Source of the DNA: Rhynchobatus australiae
Lineage: Eukaryota
Direction of reading: 5' to 3'
Assembly: GCA_034780895.1 (NCBI GenBank)
Contig: JAUZTB010015204.1
Span: 1 to 64,000, forward strand
DNA: 64,000 nt
The translations under genes were made by a program, and so were the position numbers. Shown piece by piece: positions 12,955 to 27,689 of this stretch. The notes beneath the pieces were generated by a model that searched no databases, was not told where the DNA came from, and saw nothing but the letters and a program-made list of their open reading frames with translations. How positions within the stretch are numbered: the stretch's first letter is position 1; the number at the start of each line of letters is the position of its first letter.

Positions 12955-14094
12955 ATGAAAAATAATTACGATATTGTCATAATTGGCGGCGGCATTATTG
13001 GCACCATGATTGCTTATGAAGTGTCAAAATATCAACTAAAAGTTGCCCTTTTAGAAAAAAATTTATTACTAGCTGATGAAACAAGTAGGGGAAATTCTGG
13101 ATTAATTCACGGTGGATTTGATCCAGAACCTCATAAACTTGAAGCCAAATTAAACTTAGAAGGTAACATTTTGTGACACCAAGAAATTTTTCCAAAAATT
13201 TCTTTTCCTCACGCAGCTATCACTTCTTTAGTAGTTGCTTTTAGCAAAAAAGAAGAAGAACATTTAGATATGCTTTATCAAAGAGGTTTAACTAATAAGT
13301 TAAGACCTGAAGATTTAGAGATTATTGACCAAGCTAAATTGCGTCAAATCGAGCCATACATTAGCGAAAAAGCAACAGCTGCTTTAGCTTGTTATTCTTC
13401 TTCAGTAATTGATCCGCGACTAGCTACATTAGCAATCGCTGAAGTTGCTAAAAAAAATGGCGTTGATTTTTTATTAGGACAAAAAGTTATCGCTATTGAG
13501 ACCAAAAACAAAGGCTTTTTAGTTACTACTTCTAAGGAACAATTTTTAAGTAAAGTAGTAATTAATGTGGCTGGTCATTACGCTGATGAAATTGCTCAAA
13601 AAGCTGGTTATGGTGATTTTCAATTAAAAGCGCGCCGCGGCGAATACCGCATTTTACACCAAGATGAAAACTATAAAGTTAAAAACGTACTCTTTAAGGT
13701 GCCTACTATTTTTGGTAAAGGCGTAATTGTAGCGCCGACTTTAGAAGGTAAAGTTTTAGTTGGGCCTTCAGCTGAAGAAAATATTCCAAAAAACGCAACT
13801 AAGTTTGTAACACCAAAAATGTGGAAACGCATTGGTGAAATCGGACACGATCTGATTCCTTCTTTAGATCTTGATAAAACGATTATGACATTAGCTGGCT
13901 CACGCCCTATTGATATTGCTAGTGATGATTTTGTGATTCGCGCCGCAAAAGGAAATGCAGCTTTTATTAATGTTGCCGGAACACAATCACCAGCTCTTAG
14001 TTCAGCGCCAGCAATTAGTAAAATGGTCATGCGACTTTTAGAAAAAACAGATTTAAAAATTGTTCCTAAAGAACAATTCATAAATCATAATTAA
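12955..14094 (+). CDS. glpO: Glycerol-3-phosphate oxidase (H2O2-producing type)
   Basis: GGGIIG FAD motif, TSRGNSGLIHGG and GKGVIV. First gene of glpO-glpK-glpF. Confidence 0.9.
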
Positions 14095-14102
14095 GGATTT
14101 TG

Positions 14103-15628
<1,526 letters not shown>

Positions 15629-15629
<1 letters not shown>

Positions 15630-16477
15630 TGATAATAGCTGATTATCAATTCGCCATTGTTAGCAACTTATTTGCAGCGATTTTTCTTGGTGAATTTTTC
15701 GGAACAGCGATGTTGATATTATTAGGTAACGGTGTTGGTTCTGCTGTTAATTTAAAAAAGATGTTTGCTGCCAATACACGAGCTAATTGGGTATTAATTA
15801 CTTTTGGCTGAGGTTTTGGTGTTCTTTTTGGAGTCATTATTGCTCAAGCTTTTTGATCAGGTGCTTATTTAAATCCTGCCGTCGCCATTTTTGATTGATT
15901 TTCGCGCTTAGGTAAATCGCAAATAATAACTCAATTTCTAGATAAAGATTTAGATTTTGACATTATTTCTAAAGGAATGTTAACTGGCGCTTTCTTTTTA
16001 GCAATTTTTGCTGAATTCACTGGCGCTTTTTTCGGACAAGCAATTTTAAATTTAATTAATTGAAAACACTATCAAGATCCTGAAAATAGTGCTGCCACAG
16101 TGAGAAATTTCCACTGCACAGCACCAGCTTATCGAGAAAAAGCTGGAGTTTACAATTACTTGTATGAATTTATTGGAACTTTAGTTTTAGTAGGAGTAAT
16201 TGCAGCTTTAGGAAAAGGCTTAAATAGCAAAGCTTATTCAGCTTTAGGAGCTATTCCAGTTACTTTTTTAGTGGTAAGTATTGGTATGTCTTTAGGCTCA
16301 AGTACAGGTTATGCTATAAATCCAGCGCGTGATTTAGCGCCAAGAATAATGTATTATTTATTACCTTTAAAAAATAAAGCGAGTGCTGATTTCAAATACG
16401 GAATTATTCCTGTCTTAGGACCTTTAAGTGCTGGCGCATTAGTTGGCATTATTGCCTTATTAGCCTCTACTGCTTAA
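15629..16477 (+). CDS. glpF: Glycerol uptake facilitator (aquaglyceroporin)
   Basis: GEFFGT and two NPA motifs (YLNPAV, AINPARD). Confidence 0.95.
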
Positions 16478-16494
16478 AAAAAGTTTTTATTAGC

Positions 16495-16528
16495 AAAAAT
16501 TACAACATTTTCGGTGTTGTAATTTTTT
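16495..16528 (+). terminator. Intrinsic terminator after glpF
   Basis: aaaaattacaaca-ttttcgg-tgttgtaattttt hairpin. Confidence 0.7.
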
Positions 16529-17072
16529 AATGTTTAATAAAAGCTGCTTGTTAATATTTTATAAAATACAAAAAATAAAAATTTATGCTGACATTATTTT
16601 CATATTTAATTTTTAAAAAAATAAAAAGTGAATAACTAAAGAACTCTAAAAAAACGACTAAAAAATATTGATAATAAATTTTACTTTTTGTTGAAAAAAA
16701 TCATTAATAAAATTTTGCATTGAGTTTTTAATCAAAAATTAAATATTGAGATTTAATTTTTGATTAGTGAATTTTTTTTACTTTTGAAATTAAAAACAAA
16801 ATCAAAAATAAATAAATCAATTATTATTTTCTAATTCTTTTAAGTTTAATTTTTTAGAAATTATTTTTTAAATTTTAACTTTAGTTGTATGAAACAAAAA
16901 AATTTCATATTTTATTATTTATATATATAAATATACAGTTATCATAGCATTATTTTTGTATAAATGGGCTTATCAAGACTAAAACAGTGCTAATCAGCTC
17001 GATCCGTAGTATACTAATTTATAAACGTATATATATTTGTATATGTTTATCTTATCTTCATTAAGGAGAAGA

Positions 17073-18497
17073 ATGAAATATTTAAAAAATATTTATAATA
17101 AGTTAGGCAAAAAAGCATTAATAGCGCTCTTTATTTTAGCTGCTGTTGATGTTTTTGTAATCTCTGCACCTTATTATATTCGTTTGATTATTCCGAATGT
17201 GCATTTATATTTGCACGTTACAGAATCAGACCTTGCCAATTTTCTAGCAACAATTGGTTGAGTAACTTTAATTACACAATTACCTGGAGGTTGGCTCGCG
17301 GATAAAATTAGTTCCAAAAAATTAACATCTTTGGCCTCGATTTCAACAGGTCTATTAACGATTTGGTGAGCTTCTTTAATTTTAAGAGGAACTGATCCAC
17401 AACCCGATAGTGATGGACAATTAGTATCACAAAACAGCGTATTAATACAGTATTATTTAATTTACATTGGTTGAGGAGTTAGTACAACGTTAATCTTCTG
17501 AACACCATTATGGAAATTAGTCTCACAACAAGCAAAAAAAGAAGATCAAGGAATTGCTTATGGAGTGCAGGGCGCTTTCAATGGCATAATTGGTGTTCTT
17601 TTAATTTTTTTAGTAGGACTTTTAGCAGCTTATTTAACACAAAATATCTTTAATGAAGCTTTTGCTGTTTATGCCTTTTTAGTTGCTTTTTATTTAATAA
17701 CTACTGGAATTGCAATTTTGCTTTGAGTTCCAGAATACACTACAAAGCAAAAATTTGCTTTAGATTTTAAAACTTCCATAGAAGTAATTAAAAACCCGCG
17801 ACTTTGGCTTAATTCATTTTTTGTAATGGGTATGTATATGTTCCAAAGCGTTTTCGCTTATTATTTATTACAATACATTACAAATGTATCAAACGCACAA
17901 ATTCAAGTTCCTGTTATTGTCTTTTCTGTAATTGGGGGATTACGAACTTATGCCTTTCGTTTTGTACTTTCGGCACCAATTGGTCGCTGAGCCGATAAAA
18001 CGCGAAGCTATATTTTGTTTTTATTAATTACTTTAGGGCTTGGTTTTGTTTTGGCATCAGTCTTTTTATTGTTACCAGGTTTCCAACCTTTTGCGACTTT
18101 AAATAGTAGCTATCAAAGTTTTGTTGGTGTCTTTTTAATAATTCTTTATTTACTTACGGGAATTTTATCTTGGGTAATGGTAACTTTACGTTATGCCACA
18201 ATTGGTGAGCTGCCAGCTCCCAAAAGTTCTTATGCTTCAGTAAACGCTTTGATTTCCTTTGTCGCCTTTTCTCCTGATGCTTGATTTTATACAGCTTCAG
18301 GAAAAATTGGCAAAATCTATACCGAAGCTGGAAAATCAAATACGAGTCAATTAGGATATTCAATTATTCTTATTTTCGCTATTTCGGTCGCTATTTTTGG
18401 CTGAATTTGTGGACTTGTTGTTTATTTTTGAAACACTAAAGAACTTAAAAAACTCGGAAAAACTGATTATCGCTGAAGAACTTTAGAAAATGTCTAA
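17073..18497 (+). CDS. MFS transporter, probable glycerophosphodiester importer (GlpU-like)
   Basis: Many TM segments, GGWLADK MFS motif A and an AAGGAG RBS. Translationally coupled to glpQ. Confidence 0.8.
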
Positions 18498-19215
18498 GCA
18501 ATATTTAATAGCGCATCGCGGCTATTCTGCAATTGCCCCTGAAAATACTAAATTAGCTTTTGAAGCTGCTTACTTATTCGCCTTTGATGGCGTAGAATTT
18601 GATTTACACAAAACAAAAGACGATAAATTAGTAATTATTCACGATGAAACAACTGCACGTACTGCTGATAAAAATTTAAAAATAGAAACGAGCACTTTAA
18701 AAGAATTACGCGAATGTAATTTAGCTCATTATTGAAAAAGTAAATTACCCGAACAAAAAATTTTAACTTTAAGTGAATTTCTTAATTTGTTTATTGATAA
18801 ATTCGAAAAAATTAATATTGAGATTAAAACTGACATTCTTCCTTATCCTGGAATCGAAAAATTAATTTATGAAGCCATCATTCCTTTTAAAAAATATTGA
18901 AAGAAATTAATTTTTAGTTCATTTAATTTTGCTTCATTAGAAAAATTACACGAACTTGATTTTGATGAAAGTTTGCAATTAGCTTTTTTATGATGAAAAA
19001 AAACACAATTTAGAGCTATCGATACAGCAAAATTTAAATATATAAAATATTTTAATCCTTGAGTTGAAGAATATTATAGCGAACAAGAAAGATACGATTC
19101 ATTTCAAAAAAAATATTATTTTTGAACGTTTAAAAGTTGGCAAAAATACGAACAATTTAGTGATAACCCTTTAACTGAAGGCTTAATCTCTAATTATCAT
19201 TATCGTAAATATTAG
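18490..19215 (+). CDS. glpQ: Glycerophosphodiester phosphodiesterase
   Basis: IAHRGYS..PENT, VEFD, IHD, NIEIK and FSSFN motifs. Confidence 0.93.
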
Positions 19216-19228
19216 TTTTTAAATTTAA

Positions 19229-19264
19229 TAAAAACCAAGTCTTTTTTTAAAAACTTGGTTTTTT
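19229..19264. terminator. Bidirectional terminator between glpQ and the ABC ATPase
   Basis: aaaaccaagt...acttggtttttt inverted repeat between convergent genes. Confidence 0.6.
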
Positions 19265-19295
19265 TATTTTTTAGACTTTTAAATAACAACTAAAA

Positions 19296-20159
19296 CTAAT
19301 CGATGTATCTATTAATAAATTTAGTAATTGTTCCGTGCGTTGCAATAATTTCGTCCTTGTAAGCGGAAACAACGATTTTGCCTTTATTTAAAAGTATGAT
19401 TCTTTCCGTTAAGTATTCCACTTCTTCCATATCGTGGCTAATTAAAATTAAAGTGGATTTGGTTTCTTTTAAATAGTCTTTAATAAAAGCTTTAATGCGG
19501 GATTTAATAGCAATATCTAAGCCAGTAGAAATTTCGTCTAAAAAAATAATTTTAGGATTATGAACAATTGCTAATAAAGCGTTTAGGCGTTGTTGCTCAC
19601 CACCAGAAAGGGATTTAGCTTTTTTATTGTAATACTCATCAATACCAAAAACTTTTATTAAATTTTTGAGTCTTTGTTTACTAATATTAGTTTTAAAAAT
19701 TTCAATTATAAAATTTACGATATGGCGCACTTTAATACCATTAGGATATGAAGATTCTTGAAATTGAATGCCAATTTTCTCTAAAAAGGATTTATTATAT
19801 TGATAAAGATAATTAATTTTTCCAGAACTTTGTTTATTAAGGCCGCACAAAATTTCAACTGTTGTAGTTTTTCCGGCGCCATTAGCGCCGAGTAGAGCAA
19901 TGTGTTCGCCTTCACGAATTTGAAAATTGATTCCTTTTAAAACTTCTTTTTTACCGAAGTGTTTTCTTAAGTTTTGAACTTGTACTAACACTTTTTTATT
20001 GCCGCGCAAAGAAGTAATTAATTCAGGAAAATGGCGATTTTGCTTAGCATCCATTTTTTCAATGTATTTACTTAAAAAAGCTGTATTGCTATGTTGGAGC
20101 TTAGTTTTTTTGTTTTTATTATCTTTTTCTTTAGGAGTCATTTTCTTTGCTTTTAACAT
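19296..20159 (-). CDS. ABC transporter ATP-binding protein (multidrug/ABC-2 type)
   Basis: GANGAGKT, LSGGEQQR, FLDE and SH motifs. Confidence 0.9.
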   Translation of the reverse strand: MLKAKKMTPKEKDNKNKKTKLQHSNTAFLSKYIEKMDAKQNRHFPELITSLRGNKKVLVQVQNLRKHFGKKEVLKGINFQIREGEHIALLGANGAGKTTTVEILCGLNKQSSGKINYLYQYNKSFLEKIGIQFQESSYPNGIKVRHIVNFIIEIFKTNISKQRLKNLIKVFGIDEYYNKKAKSLSGGEQQRLNALLAIVHNPKIIFLDEISTGLDIAIKSRIKAFIKDYLKETKSTLILISHDMEEVEYLTERIILLNKGKIVVSAYKDEIIATHGTITKFINRYID

Positions 20160-21098
20160 TTAACGAATTCCTCATTTAAAATACTTAACACTTAAAATCG
20201 AAAAGATGATAATGCAAACAAAAGGCATTACTAAATTTAAAATTTTATTAGTTTGATCGAAAACACTAATCAGATTAGTGTCTTTATCGTAAATCAAAAA
20301 CATGTCTTTAATATCAAAAACATTAGAAGAAGGTCCTAGTTGCAAAGTCAAAGTTTTATTAAATAAATCAGGATCGCCTACACCAATAGCGCTGCCGCTT
20401 CAGGACTCTAAAGTTAAGCCAATCGTGTATTTATAAGGAGTAATATAAGAAAAGTACCAAACGGCATCAACAGAACGAATGATTGCCAAGGGCAAAACTT
20501 GTGCTGATAAAAATTGTGAAAGAATTAAAAGCGGAATGCCAATGCCCTGAATGGCAACCGCTGATTTTAAAACACTAACTAAAAAAAGCCCGATTGAAAT
20601 AGAGAGCATGCAATTAGCTAAAATAGCTCAGAGAAAACCTCCTCAAGCTACATTATTAAAAAAAGTTTTTAAAGAAACAGCAAGAATATCGAATTCGACA
20701 ACTTCTGTACCTAAAGGAAGGGTGCGCGTGGCTTCCACGCGACCGGAATTATAATTTGATGAAAAAATTAAAAAAGCAATTAAAACTGTTCAGAATGTGC
20801 TGATGATCATTATTTTAAAATAATAAAAAGCAATGACAAAAAGAATTTTTCAAGGTCTTAAAGGTGAAGCTGCAATTCTTTTTAAAAGTACAGAACGTTT
20901 AAATTCATAGATCGTTTGTGGCAAAGCAATAATTCCAATTGACATCGGCCCAATTGCTAAAATGCCACCAAAAATATTGTTATAACCTAATAGTGAACCT
21001 AAGATTCCAACAAAAATAATTGGGAATGCAAATGCAAAGAAAGGCGCTATGATTGATTTTCAAAAATTTATATTAATTAGTTTATACAAACTCAACAT
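20160..21098 (-). CDS. ABC-2 type permease
   Basis: Hydrophobic code-4 ORF with an EFKRSVLLKRI motif. It abuts the ATPase gene. Confidence 0.85.
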
Positions 21099-21520
21099 AT
21101 AGGGAATTATATTCTCTTTTTCATCAATTTAAAGAAGATGTTAGTTATAAAGCAATTTTTAAAAGCAAAATTTTAAAAATATCGATTTTTTTATAGCTTA
21201 TTTAGTTTTTTTAATTACGATTTTTATGATCATTTTTTGCTTTAAATTAAAGTTAAAAACGGAAAACAAACTAATAAAATAATTTGAAAAAAATTTTTTT
21301 ACTGAAGAGCAGTTTATGTTTACTAAATACTCTTCAGATTTGAATATCTTTATAAATTCAAAAATTAAGAAAATTTTATTTTTGCATGAAGAAATAATGT
21401 AATTAAATTTATAATAACAAAGACAAGATATAATTTACTTTTATAAAAAACAATAAAGTAAATGCTAGTTTAGATAAATTAAAACGATGCAATGAAACCT
21501 ATTTTAAGAAAGGAATTTTT

Positions 21521-21667
21521 ATGTCTAAAAGAACTTATCAACCTAAAAAAGGCATTTATATTAAAACCCACGGTTTTCGTGCCCGCATGGCAACTGCGAG
21601 CGGGCGCGCCGTCATTGCAAGGCGCCGTCTTAAAGGGAGAAAACGACTTACAGTTTCTGATCAATAA
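21521..21667 (+). CDS. rpmH: 50S ribosomal protein L34
   Basis: [29 protein letters not shown], with an AAGGA RBS. Confidence 0.97.
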   Translation: MSKRTYQPKKGIYIKTHGFRARMATASGRAVIARRRLKGRKRLTVSDQ

Positions 21668-21668
21668 T

Positions 21669-22001
21669 ATGAAGCGTAAGTACATGCTGCGTAAAAACCA
21701 TGAATTTCAAAGAGTAATTAACAATCGCGAACAAAAGATTTCTAAATCTTTAATTATTTATTATCGCAAAAATGATGTTACTAAAATTGGAATTAGTGTT
21801 CCTAAAAAATTTGCCAAAGCAGTCATTAGAAATTACAATAAACGCCAAGTCAAAGCCATTTTTACTTCTTCACAAAAATTTTTAAAACTTAACTATGAAT
21901 TAGTAATTATTTTGCGTAAAAATTTTCTCAGTTATGATTATCAAACAAAGAAAAAAGAATTAACCAAACTTTTAGAAAGGATCGCTCATGAATCAAAATA
22001 G
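21669..22001 (+). CDS. rnpA: Ribonuclease P protein component
   Basis: LRKNHEFQ, GISVPKK and AVIRNYNKRQ (RNR motif). Confidence 0.93.
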   Translation: MKRKYMLRKNHEFQRVINNREQKISKSLIIYYRKNDVTKIGISVPKKFAKAVIRNYNKRQVKAIFTSSQKFLKLNYELVIILRKNFLSYDYQTKKKELTKLLERIAHESK

Positions 22002-24000
22002 ACATTCAAAGCATTTTGATTTTTTTAGTGGTTCTAAAGTTGAAGAAAATAAGGACAATAACAAATTTATTAGACGTGCTTTTTTTATTTTTAAAGTCGT
22101 TTTTTTAATCTTATTAGCAGGTTTAACTTTAACTGGCTGTGTACAAACTTTTGTAGTTCGTTCCGATTCCCAAGTGGGGCGCGGTTTGGAGTTTTACGGT
22201 AATAAAAACAATGTAGCTCCTTTAGCTCCGCTTTATACGACTAATAGTCCTGAAAGTAGTGAAGGAAAAATTGCAGAAAATGCTACTAGTCCACAAATTT
22301 CTGATGTTGCGGTGCAGTTTTTAAGCGGCAGCAATGTGCTCACTTCCGAGGAGACTACGATTAAAAAACTACGGGCTACTGCTGGCGCTACTTATGGCAA
22401 AAACGGTACCTTTACGAACTCTTTAGCTTTAGCTTATAATAGTGATCTTTCTGGAAATAAATCTAAAAAATATTTACAATTAAAAATTAATGAAAAAGGC
22501 GAAGGCACTTTTTCTAATAATAATACAGACACTGTTTTTAAAATTATTAATAGTAATAATGAAGAAAAATTTTTAGTTTATAATTCTGAGTCTACACTTT
22601 ATCAACCTATCTTTAACTCTTATAACAATATTTTTGGCATTAGTAGAAGCGCTAATAGTTATATTGTCGATCAAAGTTTCGATGTTGAGGCTTTAAATCA
22701 AGCCGCTAACAAGAATGAAAACAAATCGACAATTCGTAAGTTTTTTATTTTTAGGCCTCATTTTTACCAACTAAAAATGAATGTAAAGCCTAATCGGGCC
22801 GCTTTATTTAATCGTGATGTTGTGGAAACTTTGTATCGTCTTTTAATTTCTAAAAAACTTTTTAGAAATATTAAAGACTTGCGTGGCAATAGTCAATCTT
22901 TAGATCAGTTCAGGGCTTGATTACAAACTCAAAGTAATTACACTTCGCGGCAAATTGCTGAAGCTAGCGCCAGTACTCCAGCATTAAATGCTGAAGTAGC
23001 AGAGTTAAGTGAATCGCAAAAAGCAGCTTTTGATAGCTTAGTTAGTTTCAATTTAATTTTAAGTGGAAGCTATTTTAATCAAGCTAATAGTACAACTTCG
23101 GTTTTAGAAGCCGATCCTAATGCTTTTCCCTTTTTTGTTAGTGCAGATTCTTATAATCAACAAGCTGTTACTAGTTTTGCTGAATCTTGAGTTTATGGAC
23201 CTTTCTTTGCTTTAGTAGTTTATCCGATTCAAGCTTTTACTAATTTAATTTTTACTACTGCTTTAGGAAACACCGCTTTTGGAGTTATTGTTGTTATCTT
23301 TTTAGTCGTTTTTCTTTCTCGTTTAGTAATTTTTATTCTTAGCTTTAGGACCATTTTTACGCAGCAAAAAATTCAAGAACTGAATGTGCGTAAAGCTCAA
23401 ATCGAAGCTAAATACGCCCAGTACGATAAAGACAATAAAATTATGAAACAGCGCAAAGCGCGTGATATGCAACAGATGTATCGTAAAAACGGAATTAATC
23501 AAGCTGATACTTTATTGCAAATTTTTTACACAACACCAATTTTTTTAGCGACTTGGCGCATTATTTCGGCTTCACCAATTATTAAAAGTAACACCTTTGC
23601 CGGCGTCAATTTTGCTTCTACTTCCTGACAGCAGCTGCTCAATCAACAGCAATGACAATATTTACCATTAATGATTTTAGCGCTCTTTTTACAAATCATT
23701 TCGCAATTTTTACCACGTTTATTATTACGTAAAAGGATGCGTGAACGGACTAATGTTTTTGAAAGGGAAAGTCTTAAAAAAGCTAATAAAACACAAAATA
23801 TAATTATTGTTGTCTTTGCCATTTCAACTTTATTATTCCAAGCTGGAATTCAGATTTATTGAATTATAGGCGCCATTTTTACAATTAGTCAAAACTTATT
23901 TGCCCATTATTTCCAAAAATCAAAACTTTTTAAAGCAAAAGTAAAGCCCTGATTAGACAAACCAAAATTAATCACTTGAAACCAACGCTTGAAAACTTAA
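21988..24000 (+). CDS. yidC: Membrane protein insertase YidC
   Basis: Follows rnpA. LTGCVQTF, YGPFF and KAQIEAKY motifs with C-terminal TM helices. Confidence 0.9.
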
Positions 24001-24021
24001 AAAGGTTTGAAAACTTAAAAT

Positions 24022-24053
24022 AAAAAAAGCCTCATTTTGATGAGGATTTTTTT
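24022..24053 (+). terminator. Intrinsic terminator after yidC
   Basis: cctcat-tttg-atgagg hairpin followed by a T-tract. Confidence 0.65.
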
Positions 24054-24157
24054 AAAGTTTATAAAGTTAAGTGATGATTAAATGAGCAGTTTGCATGCTA
24101 AAATCTAAATTTAGAAATAAAAAGTTTAAGAATAATAAGATAACATATAATATTTTT

Positions 24158-24529
24158 ATGATTCATAGAAAGTCGTGATTAGTATCGTTTCTTAATTTCA
24201 TTACTTTTGGATTCTTTTTAAAACACCTTGCTAAAAAGCAAGAGCAACAAAAAGTTAAGCGAGAATCTTATAAAGTACAAATGAGTTTTCAAACTGAAGA
24301 GTTGCTTGCACATTTAGGTGGCATTGATAATATTATTAATTCGCAAGCAACTTTAAGTAAAATTAAAATTTTTTATAAAGATAAAGAAAAATTAGCAATT
24401 GCTGAAATTTCAAAATTAAAAGAAGTTAGTGGCATTATGCTTAGTCAAGGAGCAATTAACATTATCCTTGGCGATGCAGCAAAACAAATTGATTTATATT
24501 TAAAAGCAAAGAGTAATAATGAGCAATAA
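24158..24529 (+). CDS. PTS glucose EIIB-like protein with N-terminal membrane anchor
   Basis: LGGIDNI..SKIKIFYKD..IILG EIIB-like pattern. The conserved Cys is absent. Confidence 0.7.
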
Positions 24530-27500
24530 TTTGTTACGTGAACAAACAAAAAAACTTTTAGAAGACAAAAACCTTGATAAACAATTATTAGATCGTTACC
24601 GTAATATTTTGGACAATCTTTTAGACATTAACCCTCAAGATTCTTCAATTAATACCAAAATTAATCAAAAATATTTTTTTGATGTTTATCAAAAATTTGG
24701 ACATCAATTTTGTGAGCTTTTATGAACAAAACGTGATTTTTATGCGCCTTTATACGAAATTGAATTTCGCATTTTAATTGATAAAATCAAAACCGCACAA
24801 AATTTTAGTGAAATTTTAGAGATTTGTAAAAATAACAATTTAGAACTTCCTTACAAAAAAGAAAAAATGCTTAAAAAAGATTTTTTTCGAGGGCAAGCCA
24901 TTTTAATTAACACAATTGAAGCAAAAGCGCAAAAAAACGCTTCGCTTTGAAAATTACTTTTAAATAAAGCCCAAGAAATTAATAGTCAAGAAAACATTTG
25001 ACCTTTACATTTAGGCTTTGGTTTTGTTTCGATTAATATCGAAGATAAAGAAATCTTTGCACCTTTATTTTTAAAAGAAGTGACCCTTGAAATTAAAAAT
25101 TCTCTACCTATTTTAATTAGTAATGGTGAAATTAAACTAAACGAAAAGCTTTTTTGGTTTTTAAACAATTCAGGTTTTTCCTTAAGTTTAGATTTTAATT
25201 TTTCTGAAGATTCAATTGCTAAATTTTGTGAAAAAGTGCACAACGTTTGAAAAGAAACGTTTAATTTTCAAGCCCATATTTTATCACCTTTAAGAAAGCC
25301 AAACTTTTTCAGTGAAAAACTTACTTTTCATAATGGCATAGTTTTAGGACTTTTTCAACCACTAGGTGGTTATGTTCGTAAGCGCATGATTGAAATTATT
25401 AATAACAACGATATGGAAAAGATTTTCAAAGTTGAGTTTAATAAACAAAAAATTAGTAACAAAATTAATGAAACTATTTTTAAAAAGAATTTTGGTTTTT
25501 ATAAATTAGTTGCCTCAAATTATTCACAAGACAAAGCGATTGTCTCTGCGCTTAATCAAGACACTATTATTTGAGGCCCTCCAGGAACTGGTAAGAGTCA
25601 AACTTTAGTAAACATTTTAATTAACATTTTAGCTTTTGAAAAAACTGCAATCGTTTGTTCCCAAAAAAAAGCTGCACTTATTGTTTTAAAAAAGCGTTTA
25701 AAATCGTTACAACGTTTTTGTCTTTTTTTACTTAATGATAAAAAAGTTAGTCGTAAAGCTTTTTATAAACCAATCGTTGATTATTTAGATAAATTAGAAA
25801 ACTTTCAAAACCGTGATAATACTGATTTAGTACCCATTTTAAGTTTGGAATCAAAAGAATACATTAATACTGTTCGTGAATTATTAAAATATCGCGATCA
25901 TCAATCTTTATTTAAAATCTTTGCTGATTTAATTAATTTAAATCCTAGTTTAGATAAAGAAACTTTCCAAACGCTTTATCAACTTGATGCATCAATTGAG
26001 TATCCTTTTCCTTTTAATAAAGCTCTTTCCACATTTCATGATTTAGCCTTAGTTAATAAGATTCCAAAAATTAAACAGTTTTTGAACATGGGTTCAAAAA
26101 CTAAATTAGTTGCTCAAATTGCTGAAATCATTGATTTACACCTTAAAAATTTTAATGGTAATTTAAATCGTTTTGCTCATGAGTTAAAAAAACATAGTAT
26201 TGAATTATTTGAAACTCTCTTTTTAATTAAAGGTTTTAATAATCTCGATCATAAAAATGAAAATGTCGAAAAACATTTAAACGGAATTGTCTCTGAAATG
26301 ATTTTTAAACGCATTGATTCTTTAGAAAGAGATAGTGATTTGTATCGAGAATACATCAATTTTGCAGCAGCAGCAAGATTAGGAACTTTAAGTCCGCATA
26401 AATTTTTAAATCGTTTTGCCAAAATAATTAAAATGCTTTTCCCTATTATTATTACAACTCCTGATACTGATTTATCAGCTTGATCAAAAGAAGAATTTGA
26501 TTATGCACTCTTGGATGAGTCAAGCCAAATTTTTCTTGAAAAAGGGATCCCAATTTTGTATTTAGCGAAAATAAAAATTTTAGCTGGAGACAATCAGCAA
26601 ATGAAACCTACACGTTGATTTACAACTCGAAGTTTTGATGATTCATTATTAAGTTCTGTGAATTCTTTATTGGATTATGGAATGTCAATGGGAGTACATA
26701 CAATCTTATTAGATAAAAACTATCGTTCTAATTCTGCATCGTTAATGACTTTTTCAAGCAAGCATTTTTATAAGTCCAAACTTGATGTGGTGACAAACTT
26801 TAGCGCTTTAGGTAATAATGCTTTAGAAGCAATTGAAGTTAATGGCATTTGAGAAAACGGTTTGAACTTCGAAGAAATTACTGAAGCCATTAAATTAGTC
26901 AAAGAATATCAAAAACAATATTCAAAAATTGTCATTTTGGCTTTTAATAGCAAGCAACAAGACGCTTTAGAAAAAGAGATTTTTACGAATCAAAGCGAAC
27001 TTGAAGAACTAATTTCTCAAGAAAAATTAATTCTTAGAAACATTGAAAACATTCAAGGCGATGAAGCTGATTTAGTAATTGCGACTTTAGGTTATGATAA
27101 AAACAGCAAGATTCACTCAACATACATAGGACGTGATGGCGGTATGAATGCTCTTAATGTTGCCATTTCGCGGGCTAAAGATAAAATGATCGTTTTGAAA
27201 TCAATTCATGCCTCAGATCTTGGTCAAGTTGATAATAATGAGAACTTAGCAACTTTTAAAAAATGATTACAATTTTTAGAATTGAATTCTCAAGATCAGC
27301 AAAATTATTTAGCAACTACAAATGAAGCAACTCAAGAACAAAGTTTACAACCCATTAGTAATTTTAAACAAGAAGTAATTGATCACTTTCAACAAACTAT
27401 TCACCCTAACAAAGAATATCAACTTAATTATAATTTAGGCACTATGAGTGCCGATATTGCAATTTTCTCTGAGCACAAATTAATTAATTTAATTATCATT

Positions 27501-27689
27501 GATGATTTTAGTTATGGATTTGAAAATAGTACTTATGAAGATTTTATCTTCTTTAAAGATAAATTAAATTTCTTCAAAGCTAAGGGATACAATTTACAAT
27601 TAATTGATCCTTTAACTAATTATTCTTGGGAAAAAGAGGTGATTGATAATGGACATTCTCAAAAACCTCAACACCTTGAAAATGAATAA
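24519..27689 (+). CDS. Superfamily 1 (DNA2/NAM7/Upf1-like) helicase, 1056 aa
   Basis: WGPPGTGKS, DESSQ, AGDNQQM, NYRS, IQGDEAD and LNVAISRAK motifs. Confidence 0.9.

Noticed and set aside
13671-14081. Antisense ORFs in the track (also 46168-46497, 48579-49094, 49402-49860, 62650-62928)
   Set aside because: They are shadows of well-supported genes on the opposite strand, with no RBS or motifs.
16968-17012. SAM (S-box) riboswitch or CIRCE element
   Set aside because: Only CTTATCAAGA and a half-site GTGCTAA match. The remaining conserved helices or second half-site are absent.
21100-21520. Replication origin upstream of rpmH
   Set aside because: No dnaA/dnaN nearby and no consensus DnaA boxes seen.
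21492-21668. N-terminal extension of the 169-aa ORF-track RnpA
   Set aside because: It overlaps rpmH in another frame. RnpA starts at ATG 21669.
23989-24020. Direct repeat ttgaaaacttaaaa twice at the yidC end (possible CRISPR or att site)
   Set aside because: Only two short AT-rich copies 4 bp apart, with no spacers, cas genes or integrase.
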